NCBI GenBank assembly: GCA_038245905.1
Contig: JBBRRY010000005.1
Span: 64,001-128,000, forward strand
Length of the DNA: 64,000 nt
Direction of reading: 5' to 3'
Source: Thermoanaerobaculia bacterium
GTDB taxonomy: Bacteria > Acidobacteriota > Thermoanaerobaculia > UBA5066
Below, piece after piece: positions 48,954-57,194 of the stretch. Below the pieces are notes generated by a model. The model saw nothing but the letters and a program-made list of their open reading frames with translations. It was not told where the DNA came from and searched no databases. Position 1 is the stretch's first letter. Every line of letters begins with the position of its first letter. The position numbers and the translations under genes were made by a program.

Positions 48954-49616
48954 ATGGGCCTCTTCGTCATCGACTCCTTCGCCGTGGGTCCGCTCGGATG
49001 CAACTGCTCCATCGTGGGCGACCCCAACACGAAGGAGGCGGTGGTCGTGGACCCGGGCGACGAGCCCGACCGCATCCTCGAGGCGCTTTCCGGGAGCGGG
49101 TTTCATCCCGTCGCCCTCGTTCACACCCACGCGCACTTCGATCACATGGGCTGCTCGGCGCTCCTCAAGCGCATCACGGGCGCCCCCATCCTGCTGCACG
49201 AGGGCGACCGGCCTCTGTATCACAACCTTCTCGAACAGGGGCAGACGTTCGGCCTCACACTGGATGCCCCCGGCATCGTCGACCGGCTCCTCAGGCATGG
49301 CGACCGCGTCGTCTGCGGCAAAAACGAGCTCGAGGTCCTCCACACGCCCGGCCACACACCCGGCAGCCTCTGCTTCCGGATGCCCTGCGAGGACGGGGAC
49401 GTGCTCTTTTCCGGCGACACTCTTTTCCGGCGTTCCATCGGCCGCACGGACCTCTGGGGGGGATCGACCCCGCAGATTCTGACGTCCATCAAGGAGCAGC
49501 TCCTGACCCTTCCCGGCGCACTCCGCGTCATCCCGGGACACGGCGAGGAGACTACGATTGCCGAGGAAGGCCGCCGAAATCCGTTCGTCGGGGATCCGAA
49601 TTACCGGCCGGTATAA
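48954..49616 (+). CDS. MBL-fold metallo-hydrolase (glyoxalase II-like)
   Basis: THAHFDH, HTPGHTPG, SGDTLF, PGHG. Confidence 0.93.
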   Translation: MGLFVIDSFAVGPLGCNCSIVGDPNTKEAVVVDPGDEPDRILEALSGSGFHPVALVHTHAHFDHMGCSALLKRITGAPILLHEGDRPLYHNLLEQGQTFGLTLDAPGIVDRLLRHGDRVVCGKNELEVLHTPGHTPGSLCFRMPCEDGDVLFSGDTLFRRSIGRTDLWGGSTPQILTSIKEQLLTLPGALRVIPGHGEETTIAEEGRRNPFVGDPNYRPV

Positions 49617-49625
49617 TCCCTGCGC

Positions 49626-50291
49626 ATGAGACTCACGTACGAAGAGAGCGCGGCCCTCCTGAACAAGTTCTGGTCCGGCCAGCCTGTCCCGTCTCCGCAG
49701 ACGGGCCGCCCGATGCGCGCGTTCTTCGTGGATCGCAGCTTCAATCCGCAGGTCGTCATGATCGGCGGAGCGGGCGAGCACCTCCGCTTCGACCAGAAGC
49801 CGCGCCAGATCGAGTTCTCGGCCGGACACATCAAGTCCATGGTGCGCGACGCGAAGGAGCGCGAGAACCCGGTCTGCCCGCAGGATTTCGAGCCGCTCGT
49901 CGTCTCGCGCACGCCGGCCGTCCGCTTCCCCAACGAGTGGGACTGGCAGTTTCACTGCCCTAAGTGCTTCTCGTTCGGAAGCTGGGAATACACCGACAAG
50001 AAAGACGACGTCGCCCTGAAGCCGGCGGTCCGGAAGGACGCGCCCGCGTTCCACGACGAGACCATCCCGCTCCTGAAGCGCATGGAGATGGCGAAGACCG
50101 GCGACCTCGCGCTCAAGCTCTATGCGGCCATGGCGCAGACCGATTGCACGGCCTGCGGGTACGACTGCGAGGGCTACGCGAAGGCCATCGCGGACGGCAA
50201 GGAGAAAGACATCTCCCTCTGCGTCCCCGGCAAGGCCGAGACGGAGGACGTCCTCAAGAAGCTCGTCGCGGGCACCTACAGCTTCGCCTGA
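49626..50291 (+). CDS. Hypothetical protein with a zinc-ribbon-like region and C-terminal RnfB-like 4Fe-4S binding domain
   Basis: CPQD..CPKC and DCTACGYDCEGYAKAIA..LCVPG. Confidence 0.8.
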   Translation: MRLTYEESAALLNKFWSGQPVPSPQTGRPMRAFFVDRSFNPQVVMIGGAGEHLRFDQKPRQIEFSAGHIKSMVRDAKERENPVCPQDFEPLVVSRTPAVRFPNEWDWQFHCPKCFSFGSWEYTDKKDDVALKPAVRKDAPAFHDETIPLLKRMEMAKTGDLALKLYAAMAQTDCTACGYDCEGYAKAIADGKEKDISLCVPGKAETEDVLKKLVAGTYSFA

Positions 50292-50509
50292 TCCTCCGCG
50301 AGCATCGCCTCGATCACAGGGCGACAGCGCTCTCCCGCGCACTCGCCCGTGGTGCAGCCCGTGGCGTTCGCCACGTCAAGAACTGTCCGCGCGCCGCGGT
50401 CGATCGCCTCTTTCACGCGCGGATACCGGATCGTGTTGCAGATACACACGGGCCGGAACTTCAGCAGCATGAGCTGGCGTTTCTCTTCGGTCGAGAGCGC
50501 GGAGGGCAT
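50276..50509 (-). CDS. BFD-like [2Fe-2S] protein
   Basis: VCICNTI..AIDRGA..TGCTTGECAGERCRPVI. ATG overlaps the def stop. Confidence 0.85.
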   Translation of the reverse strand: MPSALSTEEKRQLMLLKFRPVCICNTIRYPRVKEAIDRGARTVLDVANATGCTTGECAGERCRPVIEAMLAEDQAKL

Positions 50510-51021
50510 CAGAAATCGACGGTGTAGCGGATCGACGTCCGATCGCGCACGCGGTCCAGGTAAACGACGCCATCGAGGTGATCGCTCTCGTGGAGGACGA
50601 CGCGGGCGTGGAAGTCCTCCGCGACGAAAGTGACCGCCTTCCCCAACGTGTCGAGGGCGCGCACCCGGATCTTCTTCGGGCGCGGGACCTTCGCGGCGAG
50701 GAACGGCACCGAGAGGCAGGCCTCGAAGTCCTCCTCCTCGGTCGAGTCGAGGACCTCGAAAGACGGATTCACGAGAAGCGTCGGCGGGACCTCCAGGACG
50801 TCCTTGCCGCGCTTTTCTCCGTGGACCTCGTAGAGCACGATGCGGAGGCCCGTCGACACCTGCGGCGCCGCGAGGCCCGTGCCGTGGTACTCGATCATTG
50901 TCTCCATCATGTCTTCGAAGAACGCCCGGAACCGGCCCTTCCGAAGGTCGTGCGCTTCGATTTCCGACGCGCGCTTCCGGAGGATGGGCGAGCCGAGCTT
51001 GGCGACTTTGAGAATGGCCAC
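50509..51021 (-). CDS. def: Peptide deformylase
   Basis: GTGLAAPQV, EACLS, HESDHLDG. Confidence 0.95.
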   Translation of the reverse strand: MAILKVAKLGSPILRKRASEIEAHDLRKGRFRAFFEDMMETMIEYHGTGLAAPQVSTGLRIVLYEVHGEKRGKDVLEVPPTLLVNPSFEVLDSTEEEDFEACLSVPFLAAKVPRPKKIRVRALDTLGKAVTFVAEDFHARVVLHESDHLDGVVYLDRVRDRTSIRYTVDF

Positions 51022-51088
51022 GTGTTCTCCCGGCAGCCAGAATGCCCGGCTTCACCCACGCATTGCAAGCGACCTTAGAATCCGTCTC

Positions 51089-51991
51089 ATCAGGTACGTC
51101 TTCCTTTTCAATCCCGCGGCCGGGAAGGGCCGGGCGTTGCGCGACCGAGACCGAATCCGGGCCGCGCTGTCCACCGCTGGTCTCGAGGGGGAGTTCCTCG
51201 ACACCGAGCGCCCGGGCCACGCCGCGGACCTCGCGGAACACGCGGGAAAGAGCGGCGTCGACGCGGTGGTCGCGATCGGCGGCGACGGCACGGTCAACGA
51301 GGTCGTCAACGGCCTCATGCGGCTCCCGGAGCCTGCTCGCCCCACGTTCGGCCTCGTGCCGGACGGCACGGGGAATGACTACGCCTTCGCGCTCGGCCTG
51401 CGCCCCGGCGACCTCGCGGAGGCGGCGCTCGTTCTCCTCGCCGGAAAGACGCGCGTCCTCGATGTCGGGGACATGAACGGACGATTTTTTGCGAACAGCG
51501 TCGGGCTCGGCTTCGACGGCGCGGTGGCCGAGGCCGCGTCGAAGGTCCGCTACCTCAAGGGATTTCCGGCCTACCTGTGGTCCGTCTTCACCGTCCTCAG
51601 CGACTGGACGAACTTCGAGCTGACGCTCATCGCCGACGGCCGCGAGCTCGAAGGCCGCGCGTTCCTGGCGGCCGTCGCGAACGGCCCACGCAGTGGCGGC
51701 GGATTCCTTCTGGCGCCCGACGCGAAGCCCCATGACGGGCTCTTCGACGTGTGCCGCCTTGGCGACCTTCGCAAGGGTGAGGCGCTCCGACACCTGCCGA
51801 AAGCTCTCGACGGCTCGCACAAGAACCTGCCGTGGACGACGATTCTTCGCGCGCGGGAGGTCACCCTGGCGTCGGACCGCCCCCTCACCGTGCACATCGA
51901 CGGGGATCTCGTCTTCGGAGCCGGGCACCCCGAACCGCTCGTCTTCAAGATGCACCCGCGCGCGCTCCGCGTCATCGGAAACTGGCCGTGA
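51089..51991 (+). CDS. Diacylglycerol/lipid kinase family (YegS/DagK-like)
   Basis: NPAAG, GGDGTVNEVVNG, GTGND, IDGD. Start inferred at ATC 51089. Confidence 0.9.
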   Translation: MRYVFLFNPAAGKGRALRDRDRIRAALSTAGLEGEFLDTERPGHAADLAEHAGKSGVDAVVAIGGDGTVNEVVNGLMRLPEPARPTFGLVPDGTGNDYAFALGLRPGDLAEAALVLLAGKTRVLDVGDMNGRFFANSVGLGFDGAVAEAASKVRYLKGFPAYLWSVFTVLSDWTNFELTLIADGRELEGRAFLAAVANGPRSGGGFLLAPDAKPHDGLFDVCRLGDLRKGEALRHLPKALDGSHKNLPWTTILRAREVTLASDRPLTVHIDGDLVFGAGHPEPLVFKMHPRALRVIGNWP

Positions 51992-52010
51992 GGGAGTTCG
52001 GATAAGAGGA

Positions 52011-52086
52011 TGGTGCCCAGGGGCGGAATTGAACCGTCGACACCGCGCTTTTCAGGCGCGTGCTCTACCAACTGAGCTACCTGGGC
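52011..52086 (-). tRNA. tRNA-Phe (GAA)
   Basis: GCCCAGGTAGCTCAGTTGGTAGAGC, anticodon arm CGCGC-CTGAAAA-GCGCG, encoded CCA. Confidence 0.97.
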
Positions 52087-52195
52087 AGGCCAACCATCGA
52101 CGCTCGCCACGGGCACGTCCCTTGCGGAGAGGCGAGCCGCGACACGCCTGCGCGTTATAAGTGGCGCGCCTAGAATAGTCAACCGAAAGGGAACG

Positions 52196-53122
52196 ATGCT
52201 CGCTCTTCTGACAATCCTGCCCCTTCTGGCCCAGGGACCAGCCTCTCCTCCTCCGAAACCCTCGCCCGCCGCGGATCAATCCGGGAAGGGCAGCGCCATG
52301 GCGGGAGCCGCCGGCCTCGAAGTGCTGTGGGCGAGCCGTCTCGCCGAAGCCGTCGAAGGGGCCAAACGCCTGCGCGACGGCCGCATCCTCATTTTCTTCG
52401 TGGAACCCGACTGCGGCCAGTGCAAGCGCATGGAGGCGCTCGTCGCCCCCTCCACGTCGTTCTTCGCCTACACGCGCGACAAGGTGCCGCTCCTCGAGGA
52501 CGTGTCGACCGCGGAAGGCAAGGAGCTCGCGCGGCGTCTCCGGATACGCAGCGTGCCGACGTGGATCGTCGTCACACCGGAGCTCGTCGAAAGCGGCCGT
52601 CAGGAGGGTCCGACGAGCCAACAGGGCTGGGTCGACGCGTTCATTCAGGTCGAGCGCGGGTGGGCCGGCTACCGGAAGGTGCTCGCCGACGAGACCGCCG
52701 ATCCTTCGAATCCGGGGCTCGTCTTCGAGGCGGCGCGTCAGACGTATCAGCGCGGCGGTGGCGCACTGGCGGAGGCGCGGTTCCAGCGGCTCGCTCGCGA
52801 TCCGAAGACCCAGGCCGCGATCAAGGAGCAGGCTCTCGGGTACCTCACGTCCCTCGAAATGGAGTCCGGAAGGTTCGACGACGCGGTCGCCCACCTCGAC
52901 ACGCTCGTCGCGACGGCGCAGGACCCCGTACTCAAGATGCGGGCCGAACTTCGGCGGGCCGACGTGGAGATCGCGCGCGGCCGGAAGGACCTCGCGGCCT
53001 GGCGCCTGAAGGACTTCGTGAAGGCCCATCCGGATACTCCACTCGCGGCCGAAGCACAGGCGCTCCTCGACGCGCTGCAGGGCAAGGCTCCTCCCGCGAA
53101 TCCGGACGCCAAGGAGCACTAA
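52196..53122 (+). CDS. Exported thioredoxin-fold (CxxC) protein with C-terminal TPR-like helices
   Basis: Signal peptide, DCGQC, RSVPT cis-Pro loop, helical repeats ending FVKAHPDTPLA. Confidence 0.8.
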   Translation: MLALLTILPLLAQGPASPPPKPSPAADQSGKGSAMAGAAGLEVLWASRLAEAVEGAKRLRDGRILIFFVEPDCGQCKRMEALVAPSTSFFAYTRDKVPLLEDVSTAEGKELARRLRIRSVPTWIVVTPELVESGRQEGPTSQQGWVDAFIQVERGWAGYRKVLADETADPSNPGLVFEAARQTYQRGGGALAEARFQRLARDPKTQAAIKEQALGYLTSLEMESGRFDDAVAHLDTLVATAQDPVLKMRAELRRADVEIARGRKDLAAWRLKDFVKAHPDTPLAAEAQALLDALQGKAPPANPDAKEH

Positions 53123-54939
53123 TGTCTCTCCTTCGAACTGCCTCGGCTCTCGCGCTCGTTCTAGCCGCTCTCCCAGCGCCTGCGGAGCCCATCCCGGCCT
53201 CGAACACGATCATCGCTCCGCGCCTTGCGGCCGATGCCGACCGGCTCGTCGCGGGAGCGCCTTTCCGCCTCGCCGTAGTCGCCGACGTCAAGGCGGGCTG
53301 GCACGTGAACAGTCACACGCCGAAGGAAGATTTTCTCATCCCGACCGAGATCCGGATAAAGCCCGCGGCGGGTCTCGTGTTCTCGCCCGTGAAGTATCCG
53401 AAGCACAAGGAGACGAAATTTTCGTTCTCCGATCAGCCTCTCGCCGTCTACGAGGGCCGGACCGTTTTCCTCGTGCCCGGCACCGTGGACGCGAAGGCCG
53501 CGCCGGGACCCCGCACGCTGACGGCCGTGATTTCGTACCAGCCCTGCAACGACAACCAGTGCCTTCCGCCCGCCGAGCTCACGGCGACGCTCACCCTCGA
53601 AGTCGCGAAGGCGGGGTCGCCCGCTACGCCCGCCAACTCCGACGTCTTCGCTCCCCCGGCGGCCGGTAGCGGAGCGGGAGCCGCGGGGAATATCGAGAAT
53701 GCCATGTCTGCGGGCGCCACGCCGCTCGGAGCCGAGGCCGCGCCCCTCGGGGCCGCGGCGATGCGCGAGAAATGGAACGTCCAGGGAGTCCCGACTCTTC
53801 TCTTCATCGGCCCCGACGGCAAGGAGATCGGCACGCGCGTCGTCGGTTTCGAGCCGCCCGAGACGTTCGCTCCGCGCTTCAGCGGCGGCGGCCCCGCCGC
53901 CGCCGAGGGCGGCCTCGCGGGCAAGTCGCTGCCGCTCCTCATCGGGCTCGTCTTCCTGTCGGGCCTCGCCCTCAACCTGACTCCCTGCGTCTACCCGCTC
54001 ATTCCGATCACGCTCGGGTTCTTCAGCCGGCAGACCGGAGGAAAGAAGGGTGGAACGTTCGGCCTCGCGCTCCTCTACGTCCTCGGCATGAGCGTCACGT
54101 ACTCGGCCCTCGGCGTCTTCGCCGCGCTCTCGGGCTCGCTCTTCGGCGCCTGGCTGCAGAAGCCGGTTGTTCTCCTCTCGATCGCGGCGATCGTCGTCGC
54201 GCTCGCGCTCTCGATGTTCGGGCTCTTCGAGATTCGCGTCCCGCACTTCATCACGGACCGCACCGGGTCGAAATCCGGCGCCGTCGGCGCCCTGACGATG
54301 GGACTCTTCGTGGGGTTCGTGGCCGCGCCCTGCATCGGCCCGTTCGTCCTCTCGCTCCTGACCTACGTCGCGGCGAAGGGCTCGGCGCCTCTCGGCTTCG
54401 GGCTCTTCTTCACGCTCGCGATGGGCCTCGGCCTTCCCTATCTCGTCCTCGGGACGGTGTCGGGTAGCCTGAAGGCGCTCCCGCGCTCGGGCGAGTGGAT
54501 GACGGCCGTGCGTCGCGTCTTTGGCTTCGCGCTCGTCGCGCTCGCGGTCTACTTCCTCCGCCCGCTCCTGCCGCCGCGCTTCTACGAAATTGGCATCGCG
54601 CTGCCGCTGCTCGCCGGGGGCGTGTGGTTCCTCTTCTTCGAGAAGAGCGGGGCCGGTGTGAGGGGATTCTACGCCGCGAAGGCCGCCGTCGCCGTGCTTC
54701 TCCTCGCCGCCGGCGGGCTCTTCGCGATGCCCGAGAAGGCCGGAGCGGCCCTCGCGTTCCAGCCCTATTCGGACGCGGCCGTGGCCGCGGCGCTGGCCGC
54801 CGGCAAGCCCGTGATGATCGACTTCTACGCGGACTGGTGCCTGCCCTGCAAGGAGCTCGACCACAAGACGTTCCGCGACGCGCGCGTGATCGCGGCGGCG
54901 AACGGCTGGGTGCTCCTGAAGGCTGACTTGACGAGATAG
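53122..54939 (+). CDS. dsbD: Thiol:disulfide interchange protein DsbD with split/permuted thioredoxin domain
   Basis: Signal peptide; alpha domain YQPCNDNQCLPP; membrane domain LTPCVYP and APCIGP; gamma domain WCLPC at the very C-terminus. Confidence 0.9.
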   Translation: MSLLRTASALALVLAALPAPAEPIPASNTIIAPRLAADADRLVAGAPFRLAVVADVKAGWHVNSHTPKEDFLIPTEIRIKPAAGLVFSPVKYPKHKETKFSFSDQPLAVYEGRTVFLVPGTVDAKAAPGPRTLTAVISYQPCNDNQCLPPAELTATLTLEVAKAGSPATPANSDVFAPPAAGSGAGAAGNIENAMSAGATPLGAEAAPLGAAAMREKWNVQGVPTLLFIGPDGKEIGTRVVGFEPPETFAPRFSGGGPAAAEGGLAGKSLPLLIGLVFLSGLALNLTPCVYPLIPITLGFFSRQTGGKKGGTFGLALLYVLGMSVTYSALGVFAALSGSLFGAWLQKPVVLLSIAAIVVALALSMFGLFEIRVPHFITDRTGSKSGAVGALTMGLFVGFVAAPCIGPFVLSLLTYVAAKGSAPLGFGLFFTLAMGLGLPYLVLGTVSGSLKALPRSGEWMTAVRRVFGFALVALAVYFLRPLLPPRFYEIGIALPLLAGGVWFLFFEKSGAGVRGFYAAKAAVAVLLLAAGGLFAMPEKAGAALAFQPYSDAAVAAALAAGKPVMIDFYADWCLPCKELDHKTFRDARVIAAANGWVLLKADLTR

Positions 54940-54965
54940 AGAACGAAATCTTCTCTTCGTCCGAA

Positions 54966-55685
54966 CTATTGTCGAAGAAAGTCTCCTTGATCCAGTTTCT
55001 TCAGTAGAGCATCCGCGGCGCTCCTCTGGGCATCTTTCTTCGAGCTGGCTTCGCCGCGCGCGCTAATTCCCTCACTCCAGAACACCTCGTACACGAAGCG
55101 TGGGTCGTGCGGCGGGCCACTCTCTTCGACGAGGCGGTAGACCGGCAGTGACCTGCCCTCGGCCTGCGCGCGCTCCTGAAGCGCGGTCTTCGGATCCCGG
55201 CGTTGCAGCTCCCCGAGATCGAGCGCCGCCACGTCGGTGTCGAAGAGCCGTCCCGCCGCCGCGCGCGCGACCTCGATGCCGCCCTCAAGGAGCAACGCGG
55301 CAAACACCGCCTCGAACGCGTCCGCGAGGCGCGCGTCCCTTTCGCGCCCGCCCGCCCTCTCCTCTCCGGGAGAGAGGCGCAGGAGCGGTCCGAGTCCGAC
55401 CCGCCTCGCGAGCGCGGCGAAGTGCCCCTCCGAAACGAGGAGCGAGCGCGCCTTCGACAGCGTGCCCTCGCCCTCGAGGGGAAAGGCCGCGAAGAGCTTC
55501 TCCGTCACGAGGAAGTTCAGGACGCTGTCGCCGAGAAATTCGAGCGTTTCGTTGTCCTCGGCGTCTTCCGTCTCGTTCGCGTACGAGGCGTGCGTAAGGG
55601 CGCGCCGCAGCATAACGGAATCGCGAAAGCGATGGCCGAGAGCGCTCTCGAGCGCGTCCATGACTTCCGGGCCGTCCGAGGGCAT
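54966..55685 (-). CDS. rnc: Ribonuclease III
   Basis: ALTHAS, NETLEFLGD, ADAFEA, DPKTALQE dsRBD. Confidence 0.95.
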   Translation of the reverse strand: MPSDGPEVMDALESALGHRFRDSVMLRRALTHASYANETEDAEDNETLEFLGDSVLNFLVTEKLFAAFPLEGEGTLSKARSLLVSEGHFAALARRVGLGPLLRLSPGEERAGGRERDARLADAFEAVFAALLLEGGIEVARAAAGRLFDTDVAALDLGELQRRDPKTALQERAQAEGRSLPVYRLVEESGPPHDPRFVYEVFWSEGISARGEASSKKDAQRSAADALLKKLDQGDFLRQ

Positions 55686-55703
55686 CGGGCCTCCCGCGCG
55701 ATG

Positions 55704-55955
55704 CTAAAGCGGATTCCGCCAGCGCAAGCCGGGAAACCGCGAAAAGTCGGCGTCGTTCGTTCGCCGGGGGTCGAGAGGGTGGACGAGGACAGCCGGATGC
55801 GTCATAAGGCGGACGAATCCGCATACGACCGCCCAGGGCATGCCCACTGGGTCGGATCCGTTGAGCAGTCCTTGCCACCACGCCCTGGCCCCGGCGTGAT
55901 GCGGGGCATGGCGGTTGTAGTCGAAGACGAGAAGATTGACGTCCGGCAGGATCAT
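55704..55955 (-). pseudogene. vapC: VapC PIN toxin with in-frame internal deletion
   Basis: MILPDVNLL..GFVRLMTHP joined directly to NDADFSRFPGLRWRNPL; only 83 aa. Confidence 0.75.
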
Positions 55956-56221
55956 CGATCGGCCCGCGTCTCCTGGACGAAGTCCTCCGCCTCGATCTGG
56001 TCCACGACCTGGTTCAGCTTGCCAGGGTCGACACCAGGTTGGAGACGGCTCGAATGGGGCTCGACGGCGAAGCGGCGTCGCGGCGAAGGCGCGGCCTCCT
56101 GAGCGGCGAGCCCGCGGCGAAGCACCGTATTGAGCGCCACCTTGAAGGAGGTGCGCCTCCGACGCGCGTACTCCTTGAGCTTGTCGGCCACGTCCTGCTC
56201 GAGAGTCACCGTGGTTCTCAT
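55952..56221 (-). CDS. VapB-type antitoxin
   Basis: MRTTVTLE..SFKVALNTVLRRGL, overlapping the vapC start. Palindrome GGCATCATGATGCC at 56225-56238. Confidence 0.85.
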   Translation of the reverse strand: MRTTVTLEQDVADKLKEYARRRRTSFKVALNTVLRRGLAAQEAAPSPRRRFAVEPHSSRLQPGVDPGKLNQVVDQIEAEDFVQETRADR

Positions 56222-56398
56222 AAAGGCATCATGATGCCGTATTGATCTGCTATCAAGATGACTCATCCCGTCCTGTCGTAGCTCCATGAAAGTGTCGACT
56301 ACGACGAAAAAGGGGAAATTTCTATTGAGCGTTGACAGACCTGGACGTTGGGAAACGGGACGGCGGCAGCAAAGAGGGCGCTCGCGCAGCCGCCGGCG

Positions 56399-56875
56399 TC
56401 ACGACTGCTTTGTCACTTTGTCGGTCGTGCCCCTTCGGCGGAGCACGAAGAGAGACAGTGTGATCGCCACGAGCAGCGCCGAAAGAACGGCGAGCTCGGG
56501 CACGAGCTGTGGGGGAGGTGCCTGTCCGGTTGCCTGGCCGAACTCCGCTGTGAGGATCAGCACGCGCCTGATCGCCGCGATGAGCCCGACGAGGAGGAAC
56601 GGCTCTGGAGTGACCGCATGCTCCTTGAACGACACCTGAACCGTATAGAGAAGCTCGACGACGAGGAGGATCAGGAGAATCCGGTCGAGGAGAGGGATGA
56701 TTTGTGTGGCCAGGTCACCGGAAAAGAGACTGCTGCCGAAGCGGATGATCGTGATCACCAGAAGGGCGACAGCGCTCCCGGCGAGAAGTACGCCGAGACC
56801 GACGTAGACGAGATCTTCAACCGCCGCGAATCCGCGGGCGATCAGGGTGCGCGTTGGTGGCGATTCTGCCGGCAC
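56399..56875 (-). CDS. PsiE-family (phosphate-starvation-inducible E-like) membrane protein
   Basis: LLILLVVELLYTV..EPFLLVGLIAAIRRVL. Confidence 0.8.
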   Translation of the reverse strand: MPAESPPTRTLIARGFAAVEDLVYVGLGVLLAGSAVALLVITIIRFGSSLFSGDLATQIIPLLDRILLILLVVELLYTVQVSFKEHAVTPEPFLLVGLIAAIRRVLILTAEFGQATGQAPPPQLVPELAVLSALLVAITLSLFVLRRRGTTDKVTKQS

Positions 56876-56947
56876 GTTTCCTCCGAGCGCGTCATGTTTA
56901 GCATACGTCCGTCAAAGCCGCCTCGACCGGAGCGGACGGGTTTCGAC

Positions 56948-57036
56948 TGGTACCGGAGGAGGGACTCGAACCCTCACGGCTCTTTTGAAGCCTGGGGATT
57001 TTAAGTCCCCTGCGTCTGCCATTTCGCCACTCCGGC
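56948..57036 (-). tRNA. tRNA-Leu (TAA)
   Basis: GCCGGAGTGGCGAAATGGCAGACGC, anticodon arm GGGGA-CTTAAAA-TCCCC, long variable arm, CCA. Confidence 0.97.
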
Positions 57037-57081
57037 GCCGCGAAGCTTACGCCGGAAGGCGGACCGGAGGGAGTGCGGGAG

Positions 57082-57157
57082 TGGAGGCGACGGTCGGGGT
57101 CGAACCGACGAATGAGGCTTTTGCAGAGCCTTCCCTTAACCACTTGGGTACGTCGCC
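57082..57157 (-). tRNA. tRNA-Cys (GCA)
   Basis: GGCGACGTACCCAAGTGGTTAAGGG, anticodon arm AGGCT-CTGCAAA-AGCCT, U73 discriminator plus CCA. Confidence 0.96.
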
Positions 57158-57194
57158 GTCCCGTTCGGAGGCAGAATGTTAGCAGGCTCCGGCG

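Noticed and set aside
50509-51021. EACLS instead of EGCLS in peptide deformylase
   Set aside because: The metal ligands (Cys and HExxH) are intact, so this is a minor variant.
52011-52086. A-C mismatch in the tRNA-Phe T-stem
   Set aside because: A single mismatch in an otherwise canonical tRNA is not evidence of a pseudogene or editing.
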